From Lingula anatina (taxonomy: Eukaryota; Animalia; Brachiopoda): a DNA stretch of 64,000 nt. Position numbers and translations under genes: made by a program. The notes under the pieces were generated by a model. That model did not search any database, was not told where the DNA came from, and saw only the letters and a program-made list of their open reading frames with translations. Below are positions 52,495-64,000 of this stretch, in pieces (positions within the stretch are counted from its first letter, which is position 1; each line of letters opens with the position of its first letter). The DNA lies in NCBI GenBank assembly GCA_051362555.1, contig CM120648.1, forward strand, positions 10,164,587 to 10,228,586. The letters are read 5' to 3'.

Positions 52495-53260
52495 GGGGGG
52501 GGTCTTTTTTAGTTGTGGGTTCTGACTTTTCAAAACAAGTTTTATATACACATTTTAAGACTGGTTTAGTAAAAACTGACCAAATAAAGTTGCAAACATA
52601 TGAGGTTAAATCACACAAAATACTACTGTCACAACAAACACAACTTCAAGGTTACTAGTACAACTACTAGCAGGTTTTAAAACTCTGTGAAAAAATTAGA
52701 ATGTGTTATTAAGTTAAGAGCCTTGAACACCAGCTTGGAACATGTATTTTTAAAGCAGAAAGACGTTCTTTAAAAAAAGCAGTGAATATTTTTTAATCAT
52801 TCTAAGCATAACCAAGCTGACGATAACTGAAATTTACTTGTTTCAACGACAAGTAACTTGTTACTGCTTGGGATTTAAAGAACCTCCTTTCTTAAAAAGG
52901 CTCACTTAAACACTCACCAAAAATCAAATTACAGGATTCCAGCCCTGCTTTCCTAATTGCCTCTGTGACTTCTTCCAGCGAGGTAAAGCGATCACGGATG
53001 AGTCTGATGTCATCCACTCCAAAATAGTTCAGCACAGAGTTCCGTCTAGTTTCCTGGTTAAGGTCAGGGTAGAGTCCTGACCCTGACCTTTGCTGATTTT
53101 CTCTTTTCCGGTTTCGCCTGTTGCGTGATCTACAGCAGAATACATAGACGAGTAATCCCACAGTGGCAAATATGAAGATGTTGCCAAGGTTAATGTGGTA
53201 TTTGTCTTCTACATAGTCCCTCAAGGAATCCATGGCTCCAACCAGACTGTGCCTCTTCAT
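48197..53260 (-). CDS. Copine-family vWA-domain protein with an N-terminal transmembrane helix and no C2 domains (CPNA/RGLG-like), ~333 aa, two isoforms
   Basis: Exons 52918-53260, [51859-51959 OR 50998-51098], 49517-49633, 48877-49008, 48197-48505. Motifs [10 protein letters not shown][IV][79 protein letters not shown] segment [16 protein letters not shown] is followed by a basic stretch. Start could be 53260 or 53233. Confidence 0.92.
50244..50411. mobile_element. hAT-like MITE (168 bp) with 6-bp TSD
   Basis: ACAAAG|CAGGGGCAGATCCAG ... CTAAATCCGCCCCTG|ACAAAG. Confidence 0.85.
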
Positions 53261-54184
53261 TTTAGAATGTGTCTTGCTCTCTCTTATAGGGATACTTCTG
53301 TTAAGTGTAATTCTGCTGTACAAGTACTCAGTATATAACACATAAATAATGGAATGATGCGGTGGTATGCCTACCGCTATACTGTATTACCAGTACAATG
53401 TGTGTGTCTTCTTAAAGTTTCACTGAATGCTCAGTCTGTCTTGCTTGCCCTTTCTTTAGTATTCTGTGCTTTAAAGCAATAATAACTCTTCGTTTCGGCC
53501 AAAAAATGAATTTTCCTGGAGTAAACAACAATTTTCCCATGCTTACCAATAGTTAATGAATCCATTTTTACATTCAAAGTTAGTCCCTGGTTTTTTTCTA
53601 AAAAGTTGGGTTTTTTGTTAAAATCTCTTAAGAGATTTTAACAGAGTATAGACATCAATGGAGGTCACGTGGTCTAAAGACAAGTTCAAATATCAGAATA
53701 AAAGCTATAACTGCTGTTTTTGTGGTAAAACAGAATATATTATATTTCTATGAGTTATTCACAAGGTTTTTATTGTGAAATATAGGTCTCATACAAAGAG
53801 TTATTATGCCTTTAACTTGGGTCCCTTCAATGGTAAAAGTGACCATTCCATAATAATTGATCATTTGCATTGAATTCGAAAGAATTATATTTTATCATAA
53901 AAGACATAAAAATACCATGACAAAGCCAACGACCATTGAAAAGGTACTTATTCAAGCAGCACTTCACAAGTCTATGATACCCAAAACATAAAGTGTAATT
54001 ATAATACTGATAAAAAGGCCTTAAATTTGAAAATGAAAGTGATAAATGCAACAGTTTGTGCATGAACGTGACTGGCCAAAGAAAAAGTTGCTTGCCTAGT
54101 CAGTTTACAAACATAAAATTCGATTTAGAACACGTTACCAAAATTAATGACAAAGTTATAACAATAACATATCTCTCAATTTAC

Positions 54185-54596
54185 CTGTTTCTCAAATCGA
54201 CTGATGTAAGAATTGCAAATCTTAGCTTTTGTACCCACCACTGAAACACACGTCAGCTAAACGCTTTCGAGTCTGAATCACGCCTATAGGACCCAACCAC
54301 ACTGGTAAATAATGTTCTAACGCCAATTTTCTCAAAAAAGAACATTTTTTCTAGATTTTCTGTCATTTAAGGATACCCAAAATGCACTTCAAATGATTGC
54401 TTAAAGTACATTCCGCCTTTTTTTTATTCCCATGTCTTCAGAGAAAGGTCTTAAATTTCATATAAATTGAAAAGCGCATTGATATTTGAGTTGTGATAAG
54501 ACGGGCCTCAATCTGAAACGTCCGTCTGTGTGTCGCTTTGCGTGTGCCGACAAAAATAGTAAACATTGCAGTTCACTTGTTCCTAAATTCACAATC
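54185..54596. promoter_or_regulatory. Bidirectional promoter copine-like/CSTF1, including a probable non-coding exon 1 of the copine-like gene (~54185-54260)
   Basis: Minus-strand donor CAG|GTAAAT at 54184 and acceptor at 53516-53517. CpG-enriched interval before the CSTF1 ATG. Confidence 0.6.
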
Positions 54597-56584
54597 ATGT
54601 CCAGTTCAGTGGACGTTAAGGACAGACAATATATGTATAGACTTGTCATCAGGTATGCTTTGAATGTCCTCTCCTAAAAAGTAACGAATTTATGTGGAAG
54701 GATGACAAGATGCAGCTCGCCGGTAGAAGCGTCAGGACTCCTAGCTGTTTTGATAATGATAGGCGTCATTGTTTTGGGCTTCATATTTTTGCATTGTGTT
54801 TGCGACTGTTCAGAAGCTGCATGCACTGCTATAAAGATGAACGTGCACTTCAAAATGTAGCATTTTTTAAATCTGCAACAGGAAAATAACCTACACTTGA
54901 CCTGGTTTTCTTTGACATTAAAACTGCAAATCTTAGCTTTTGTTTTGTCCTCACTAAGATGAACGGGGAAAATTTAGAGAAAGTGCAGGAAAATCGTAAA
55001 AAATGAATTTTTTTTTCCAGTCAGAAAATTTGAAAATAAGTTGCTCAAGTCAAGGGAAAATGCATTCATTGTTTGGCAGTTTCTTGAAGATGTTTTTAAA
55101 AAGCAAGAAATAGATTTTTTTAAAAATATATTATCCTGGAATTTTTAACTTCCACCAGGGAAAATCAAGAATTTTTCCTTATGAGTTGGTGGGAACACTA
55201 ATTTTCTAGCTGTGAGGACACTATTCCACCCTCAAAAGATTTCATATGTTCAGATGTCTTTTTTCAAAACGCTAAACAAAAATTTTTCAAATCCACATCT
55301 TCAGTCAATTGTTCTATGATGGCTATCAAAGTCTGGCGGTCAACTTGTCCAACTTGGTTAAAGCCACTCCAGCCTGTCCACCTTCTGACAAACTGATGCA
55401 TGTGGTCAAGCTTGGACTGCAGGCAGAGGAAGGTGAGTAATCTTGTTGTCATAACTTAGACCCCATTCCCATACCTAAAGCGATCCAGCAGGATCGGGCC
55501 ATCTCCAAGGGGATTCTTGCTAAATTGCATTTGGTTTCAGCGTATTACTATTAGATGTGTGGTGCACCTACCGAAGCAGCTAAAAGATAGATAACCCCTA
55601 ACAACTTCAGTAGGCATGCCAAACATCAGAGCGTCTTAAGCTGAATGTAATTTAGGGAGAAACTCCTAGGAGATTTGACATTAAATTTCAGAAAAATACT
55701 AGGTCTTAACATTTCATCCTAATGAGTAGTTTCCTCCATTTGTAGAGAACAGTGAGCAAGACAAGCTGAAGGGAGATGTGACAGCACCAGGGTCTGGCAT
55801 TGACCTAGAGTTTGAGACTGATGGTAAGAATGAAATATCTCAATTTGTATGCTAAAATACTTAGCATTGTTAATGTCCAAATATGTAGCAACCTTTGTCT
55901 TTCTATTTGCTCATCCATTAAGATTTAAAAGTGTCTATATTATTTTTGAAAAAAAAAAAAATGTTGCAGAATTTTGAATAAGAATATTATTTTAAAGCCT
56001 AGATTGAACATTTAAAATAAAAATGGTTTCTCCTGACTATTTGCACAATTGCTGTTAAATTGAACCATGATTATGATCTAGCAGCATATTAAAACTTTTA
56101 AGTGTTAAAACAGCTTTGATGAGTTTGCAGAATAATATTTGTAAGTCTTCAGGTGAATATTAGTGTTGGAAGAACAAAAAAGTACTAAAATATGTTGTTA
56201 AATCATAAATGAAAATTATCACATACAAGCCGAAATACGTTCAGCTTACGGCCAACCTGGACATAAACCATCAGACTGATGTGAGTAGATGTTGTGTCTC
56301 ACTGACTGCTAGGTGATGAGGGCATATATCCAGGCTGGCCGTAAGCTAATGGTATGAAAGTTTTTCAGCTTGTGTTTCATAATTTTCATGTACTGTATGA
56401 TCCAACTACCAAGCTAAATAACATTTTAGCTTACATTGTTGTTGTTTTCTTCCAGTCCAGAGGTTTGCCTCTGACATCTCCCAGTATGAGACATGCTATG
56501 TGACAGCACACAAAGCTCCCTGCAGGGCTGGCGTGTTTAATAAGACAGGTGATTCTTCTTTCCCTCCCTACTCTCTCTCTCTCT

Positions 56585-56621
<37 letters not shown>

Positions 56622-59600
56622 CTGAAAACCTACTAGTAGTGAGCTTGACTCATATTCACTTATTCAAAATCATGTTAGTCATGATTATTTCCCTGAAAAA
56701 AGAAGACAAAAAGAAGCTCATATATATCAAAGTAAAGAGCCTTTATTAACTAAAAAGATAATTGTGTACTTTTTTTACAGGTCAGCTTATAGCCACAGGA
56801 TCAGGAGATGCCTCAATAAAAGTAAGAAAACATGGCTTCAAAATGACAGAAATTATTTCTGATCCATATTTGTCCTTGACTGATCCCTCAGTAATTTTCC
56901 CATCTGCCTTAAGACATTTTTGTCTAGTTATATACAAAAGAGAAATGATATACCAACCAACTGCACCTAATCCTGAATCTCTTGAAATGAATTTGTGTGA
57001 GTTAAACAAGTTTTATATAAGGAAAAATATGATAAACAGGGAAAATTACATGGCCTGGGAGAAAAAGTTTGTTATCTGCTGCACAACAAAATGTTCAGTC
57101 AGTAAAGTAAAATGACACCTTGCATTTGTAACACTTGGCCCGTGGCAGCAGTCATAGATTTTTTCCCATGCATTATATGTAATTTTTTTCATTTCAAATG
57201 CAAAATTTTACTATTTTTCTTTTGAAACATGTGGCAGTAATTTCACTTAATTATTTAATAAGATATCCGCGCATAAAGTAGCTTAACAATAGAGTTAGAC
57301 AGTCAAGGGGGGAAATAAGAAGCGCCATATGAATGAATGCATTACTGTACCTTGTTGGTTTCTTTGAGTGCATTCAGAAAAGAGATCCAGGGATCATATA
57401 TGGCAACCCACTTAAAAGGTTGTTGCTTAATACTGGATTAATACTGAATAGATTCCACGCGGGGATTACGCAACAAGCATTCAAGTGGATTGCCTGTATT
57501 TGATCCTCAGATCTGTTAGTCCACTGTTGTGAACACGCTCTTTCTGTTAGATTCTAGATGTGGAACGTATGCTAGCCAAGAGTGCCATACCGGCTGACCA
57601 GATGGCGCAGGAGACCCCCCAACAACAGATGGAAAACCACCCTGTCATTAGAACTCTGTACGACCACACTGATGTGAGTAATACTGTCATGGTTTGTTAG
57701 ACTTTTTGATTGCCCTGTTTATGAAAGGTAAACTGGAAGTCACATTTGCCTATAGTGCACAGAGAGGATTTTTTGCTGAAAAGAGATAAAAGACTGTTTA
57801 TGTGTCTGTCTGTACATCTGTCTGATTTGTCTGTCTGTTTGTTTGTCTGCCTGTCTGTCCATCCATCCCTTTCAGTATCATCAATTTGTCTGTCTGTCTA
57901 AAGTGCATTTCTTTCTGTGTCTGTTACATTTCTGTTTGTCTGCCTATCTGATTTGTCTGCCTTTCTGTAGGTCCGATATTTGTTTTTTTTTTGTCTGCCT
58001 GATTTGCCTGTTTATATGCCTGTATGAATGTTTGATTTATCTATTCTCTGTCTGCCTGTTTGTGTGTCTTTCTGTTTGATTTGCCTGTTTGAACATTCTG
58101 TGAGCATTTGTTTCTGGTTATCATTCAGTTTGTCAGACATACATACAAACAAACATGCAGGAAGTACTGTATATTTAAATTTTACAGTGAATGACAATAT
58201 AAGATTCTCTCTTTTTTTCATTGTATTCAAAGAAATATAAAATATAAGTTTTATTTCCAAAAAGGTACACAAAACACATTATGTTCTTGTTAATTTTTGA
58301 AGACAAAAATTATTTTGTAATAACTTAATAAATTATATGTTATCCTAATCTGTAAACTTTTTAACTATTCAAGTTGATCTTATATTATTATTTAAATCAT
58401 TACAGGAGGTGACATGTGTAGATTTTCACCCCTATCGCCAAGTCCTGGTCTCGGGCAGCAAAGATTATGGTGTCAAATTCTTCGAATTTTCAAAGCCATC
58501 TGTGAAGAAGGCTTTCAAAAGTATCCAAGAGGCCTCTCCTGTACGATGTTTGAATTTTCATCCTTCTGGCGACTATCTAATTGTTGGAACCCAGCATCCG
58601 ACAGGTGATAACAAAAACGCACTAAACTCAGTACAGGCCACTTACTGGTATTCAAAAAAAAAAAAAAAACACAAAAAACAACTAAGATTAATAATTACTT
58701 TGTTAAATATGACATCTATATATTAATGTTAGAAATTTAATCTAAAACAAGGCTTCAAATTCCCCTTTTACTGTGTAATTATATAATTATATATGCAGAT
58801 GACAATATTAAACATGATTTTCAAAAAAATATGTAACAATATATTTTTTTTTTAATGTCCAGCTTGTGTATTTATTATATTCAATTTGGTGATCCTTGTC
58901 TTATATGTAAAGATTTAGAGCAGGCCTACCCAACTACCAGACTCGGCACCTAAGGATCCTGAATTAACCGGTATATCGGACCACACTACCCGTTTTCAAG
59001 GTGTGTGTCAGATCGCATTTCGGAGTATCAGCCAGAACACCGACAAGATGAGCCCTGACATGCTCGGCTGTCACCTTGATTGGATAGTGAACGATTGTCG
59101 TAAAATCGCTATATGATTTTAAAACCGGGTGCATAATTTTGAAAGCCACCTAGATGAACCTTAGACTGCCACATTAATCTAATACAATGCAAAAAAGCCC
59201 TATCAAAAGTGGTTAAAACATTCAAACCGAATGTCGTAAAGTCCCCATATACCCCCATAGAGACAATAAAATAGAGTACTCTAAAGTAAGAGTACAGTTT
59301 AAGGTTGTTCAGCCGAGCGTGGATGAGCCCGGCTACAAAATTTGCTCTGGGGGATGATACTCCGAAATGCGATCTGACACACACCTTGAAAACGGGTAGC
59401 GTGGTCCTATATACCGGTTAATTCAGGATCCTTAGGTGCCAAGTCTGGTAGTTGGGTAGGCCTGTAGAGGCTCAGTCACTTGATACTTGACATTACTTCA
59501 TAAATTGATATATCTTTAACCATGATAAATAGATTAAATAAATCAAATTTTCTGATTGGTTTGTCATCTGGAATTTGCCAGATGGATCCATGTGGTGCAC

Positions 59601-62097
59601 AAGTACATAATATTTATTATTTTTTAGTGCGCCTTTATGATGTGAATACATTCCAATGTTTTGTTGCCAGCAATCCCAAAGAACAACACACAGCACCTGT
59701 TACAAGTGTGAGTATGGATTATTTATTTATTTATTTATTTATTATTATTTAAACAGTCCTTTGCAGTGACTGACATAGAAGGTAAAATATTCAGCAAAAT
59801 AATTTTCAAACATATTTTAAAAAATAAAATATTTTAAAAAATAAAATATTTGAAAAAATATTTACTTTGACTGACAGTGAATTATGAAAAAAATCTATTA
59901 CCTCTTTAATGGCACTTTTGACTGTTTTCTTCAGGTCGTAGTGGCTAGTGGAGTCTTTGGACAATTTTTGTGAAAAAAAAATTGATGGTTTGTCCAGTGA
60001 TATCCTCAATAGATACACTGGTTTCTAAATTAAAGGATTCAGTGCATTTATTATATTGATATCAGTCTGAATTTGCTTATTACAGTATATTTATTTATTT
60101 ATTTATAATTCTTCATTACAGGTGAAGTGGAGTCCGTGTGCTAAAATGTATGTATCATCTTCTAAAGATGGAGATTTGAAGCTGTGGGATGGCGTCAGTA
60201 ATAAGTGCGTCAACACTTTCAAACGTGCCCATGACGGACATGAGGTGTGCTCTGCTGTCTTCTCAAGGAATTCTAAGGTGAGGAAAATGAAAAAAAAATC
60301 GGGGATTTTTTGCACTGGTCCATTTGACCAGTCATTTAAAAGGTATAAGCCTCAATGTTGTTATCTTTTATGTTTTATGTTTTTCACATGCAGTGCAAAG
60401 AAACATAGATTTTATATGATAATAAACATAGATTTTATCTTCTCCTAGCATTTTGCATACCAGGGTCATTTCTTCCACAGAAGGCGTGGACCTAAAGTTA
60501 CATATGAAGTACCATATGAAATACCAAAAGACAATGTTTAATATTACCTGAAAAATGATATTTGAACAGATTTTTCTTTTAGTTCTCTATGCTGTATATA
60601 AATGTGGCAAACAAGTAAGTCAGATGGATGGGTCAAATTTACAACCCAAAATCTAAAGAAAGGAGATGTTTAAGGCTCTTCTATGGCTGATCTAGTGATT
60701 CATTCAGTTTATCCATTGACATGTTGACTTTATTTGAGTCGTATAAGAAATTTAATTTAGTAGAAGAGGTTTATATGCATTACTAAGAATCCACTCTCTA
60801 TCAACTCTCCATTCTTATGTACTTTTAATATGTTTGTTTCAGTATGTATTAACTTGTGGTAAAGACTCCCTTGTGAAGCTCTGGGAGCTGTCTACCTCCA
60901 GGTGTCTTATAGCCTACACAGGGGCAGGGACAACAGGCAAAATGGAGCACAGGACACAAGCAGTCTTCAATCATACTGAGGATTATGGTGAGGGATATAC
61001 TGGTGTACATAGGGCGCTGTCATGTCTAACATTTTATCACCTGGAACACCCTGACTAAATGTCACCTGTAATACACTGTTATATCCAACGCACTGCCACA
61101 CCTAACACACTGTCACATCTCACCGTGTGTTACTTGCAACAAATTCTTATATACAACACACTCACACAGTACACAATATCACATAGAAATGCGCTTTTGC
61201 AACCAACATCCTGTAACACTTAATATCATTTTTACACTGTTTTGGTTATGTTTTGGATAGGTATCAGACATGCACACTCATGCACACACACATGCAAATG
61301 CATGCACAAACGGACAAGAATACAATATCTTGTATCTTTCCACAGTGTTATTCCCTGATGAGGCCACCACTAGTTTGTGTTGCTGGGACTCTAGAAATGC
61401 TGACAGGCAAAAGCTTCTTGCTCTCAGTGAGTTTTATTATTATTTTTATTATATATAATGCAAATATTGTTACCATCACTGGCCAAAATGTTTCTTTATC
61501 CTAGGGCTTTAACTACCAAACAGCATATTTGAGTACTTTCAATTTTTTGCTTCAATTTGGTATTAATGCAGAATAAATTTCTAATTTTTGTATCAATTTT
61601 AAAACCTTTTACCTGTCATGTAAAATTTGGTCAATTTGGCCTGGCAGTGATATGGAAATTATTATTATGCTTATTTTATTTTATTACCTCCGCCAAGGAG
61701 GTTATGTTTTCACCCCTGTTTGTCTGTCTGTCTGTTTGTTTGTCATCAACATAACTCAAAAAGTTATTGACTGATTTTGATGAAATTTTGTTACAAATAT
61801 GTTATCTTATAAGTGATTAGTTATTGGTGGTGATCCGGATCAATAATCAATCAATAATCAATCATAATCAAAATTGCTGACTTGGCGGAGGTTTGCGCTC
61901 TTGGAGTGCTTTTCTAGTTTTATTTTATTTTATTTATTTTATTTTTTATTCCTTTAAATTTATGATGCTCTCATCGATTATTTTCAGGTCATAACAATGT
62001 AATACCTTGTATCGTTCACTCCCCCACTGGCCCCGCCTTCCTGACATGCAGCGATGACTTCAGAGCAAGGTTCTGGTACAAGAAAGCTTTGGACTAG
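54597..62097 (+). CDS. CSTF1: Cleavage stimulation factor subunit 1 (CstF-50), 12 exons
   Basis: Exons 54597-54652, 55305-55432, 55746-55823, 56456-56548, 56781-56821, 57551-57673, 58406-58604, 59628-59707, 60122-60277, 60843-60987, 61346-61426, 61988-62097. [19 protein letters not shown] dimerisation domain, [22 protein letters not shown]40 repeats, [11 protein letters not shown]. Confidence 0.98.
56243..56347. repeat. Inverted-repeat hairpin / MITE relic in CSTF1 intron 3
   Basis: AGCTTACGGCCAACCTGGA ... TCCAGGCTGGCCGTAAGCT. Confidence 0.75.
57800..58140. repeat. Degenerate (GTCT/GTTT/GCCT)n tract
   Basis: Visible low-complexity repeat; explains the spurious Cys/Leu-rich ORFs here. Confidence 0.85.
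58921..59464. mobile_element. Young MITE (544 bp) with ~108-bp TIRs and 5-bp TSD in CSTF1 intron 7
   Basis: TAGAG|CAGGCCTACCCAACTACCAGACT...CGGAGTATCA ... TGATACTCCG...AGTCTGGTAGTTGGGTAGGCCTG|TAGAG. About 3 mismatches between arms. Confidence 0.95.
61681..61919 (+). mobile_element. Non-autonomous Helentron/DINE-like element
   Basis: TTATTACCTCCGCCAAGGAGG start, (GTCT)n tract, sub-terminal inverted repeat CTTGGCGGAGG, 3' hairpin GCGCTC-TTG-GAGTGC, then TTTTCTAGTT, inserted in a T-rich site. Confidence 0.85.
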
Positions 62098-63297
62098 CAC
62101 TGTCCTGGTTATGGATTGGGTTGTATTGATTGAGTAGCCATTTCCTGGCCAAGAGTGATCAGACGCAGTGGTTTTAGCCTCTTGGTTATAGCGCCATCTA
62201 TCAATCCTGTGATTTGGATGTTGTCCAATGGGACAGGAGGCCTGCTGTTGATGTTGAGTTTTCTTGACAAAAGAAATTGCAGAGAGTTTGCTGCATTTCT
62301 GTGGCTGGTTCAGAATTGGATTTTATGGTAACCTGGGGATTTTACAGTTATATATGTGGCCCATTGTCTTAAAACATAAGTGAGTGGGAAGATATGCTCA
62401 TGGCTGCAAAAACTTTGAAAGAAAATCACCCGTTGTGCTGGGCCAAGACTGAATTATACCACAGCCGGTTTACTGAAATTAGACTGAGAAAAGTTTGAAA
62501 AAAAACCCTGTTTTTACAGCGCTGACAAGGCAGTAGTCTTGAGGATTTGACTGTAAAGGGAGGGAGAAGAAAAAAGTAGGAGATAAAAAGTAGTTTAACG
62601 CCTTTGTAATTTTGCATGTATTTCTGTATCTGTATCGGTTAGAGCAAATAAAAATCACTTTATCAATTCCAAGGCGATGAACATTTTTGTTCAGGATACT
62701 GCCTCTGTCGCGCCATTCAGTGCTATAGATGCCAACATTATCATGAAATACTATAATAATCTATACCAGTAGTATAGAGAAAACGTGCTAGCGGTGTTAG
62801 CCCATATGGTCTGACCGGAAACTATGTTTAGATACGAGCATATGCTGTTCCATTTTTGCGAGTGTGAAATATGAACTCCAAATATCCCAAAGATATTACT
62901 TGTCCGTTAACGTCATATTCCTAACCAATGTGCCATGATTTAAATATTTAGACCGGAACATATTCTCTTTTGACTTTGACCGTTACTATCAAAGGAAAGG
63001 TAGAAGAGCGCGAGTGAGTACTGCTAAGCAACCAAGGCAGTCCCTTCAAAAACGCCAAGGTCAAATACCCTTGTTACCGGCAATATAGGCCTTTCTGTTG
63101 GTTAGAAGGTATAAATTATTCCGAAAGGGCAAAGTGTTGTCTTTTACTGACGACCTACTGAAAATTTGGCGCATTTAGTGCGGTTCACGACCTTTAATAT
63201 TTATTAATTGAAACTTCTTTTAGTAAAATATGTAAACAAAAGTTACCACGACGTACAACACGCTTCTACTTGGTCGGCCATTTCCTCGGTGGCCGTC

Positions 63298-63327
63298 ATG
63301 GATGCGCCATACGCGGAGAATTTACAG
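63298..63327 (+). CDS. Probable first coding exon of a downstream gene (MDAPYAENLQ)
   Basis: Strong Kozak GCCGTCATGG in a CpG-rich patch, donor CAG|GTACGT. Remaining exons not in the window. Confidence 0.5.
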
Positions 63328-64000
63328 GTACGTTTGTACGCCTTTAGACTATAAACTCATTTCGCAGTTCGATTTTCGAATTTTACTGTCACAAATGAAA
63401 TTCACCTGTCTCTATCTTCGTTACGATTGGCTCAAAACTAGATGAGGAATGGTACATTAGGGTAACTATTAAAAAAAAATTAATAGTCTCTAGTACGTTA
63501 ATAAAGCTTTTTATTTCTTCAAAATTAGTAAGCCAATCGATAGAGATGTAAGATAATGGTACAAAGAAAGACAAAATTACCAGAAAATGATAATGTTAAA
63601 GTTTATTTATTTGCCTGCTAAAAAGTAGTAACCGGGGGTGCAAATATGACACTGGTCTATTTCAATTCTGTCCAACCGCCACTCTCGAGTTTCGATGCCA
63701 AATTTTCTATTCTCATCGTATAAACACTAAGAGGCCTTTTTTCATTTGCTTTTGATCGAATCACCGGTTACGTGATTTTAAGCATCTACATGAAACCTGA
63801 ATAAGCAATTTTTCAGTCCTTGAAAGTGAACTTTATGATTCAAAGAGAATGCAACCTATACGCTGCTGGATTTTCTCCTTGGTCAACTGAAGAGATAAAT
63901 AGAATGATTTAAGATAACAAATCATCTCTTAACACAGTTCATACACTAGATATCGGTGCAAGTGACACATAAAATGCGCACTGAATTTTTCTGTGGTATA

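Noticed and set aside
54960-55200. Repeated AGGGAAAA motifs in CSTF1 intron 1
   Set aside because: Probably a decayed MITE, but termini and TSD could not be defined.

Overview
AT-rich, intron-containing genomic DNA from an invertebrate animal (probably a lophotrochozoan such as a mollusc; inferred from gene content and repeat types). It is not prokaryotic, and most entries in the ORF track are exon fragments or microsatellite artefacts. I rebuilt gene models by hand from GT-AG junctions and checked reading phase. 1-21.7 kb is a tandem segmental duplication carrying two diverged copies of an unrecognised ~246-aa secreted-protein gene (+), each followed by the 3' end of ZMYND12; the left ZMYND12 copy is a dead fragment. 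Three head-to-head gene pairs follow: ZMYND12(-)/PPP1R7(+), GMPS(-)/uncharacterised 300-aa gene(+), and a membrane-anchored copine-type vWA gene(-)/CSTF1(+). A probable first exon of another gene lies near 63.3 kb. The window also holds many MITEs (Harbinger-like, hAT-like with 5/6/8-bp TSDs, Helentron-type) and RTE-LINE relics. Main observations: (1) two 101-nt mutually exclusive exons encode alternative versions of the MIDAS-bearing segment of the copine vWA domain; (2) the duplicated orphan secreted gene has a 24-nt frame-neutral micro-exon, carrying a stop in one copy, and a hypervariable patch; (3) short 'echo' duplications recur at exon boundaries and stop codons, including a 53-bp minisatellite built from the ZMYND12 stop region and fossil GMPS C-termini in its 3' UTR.
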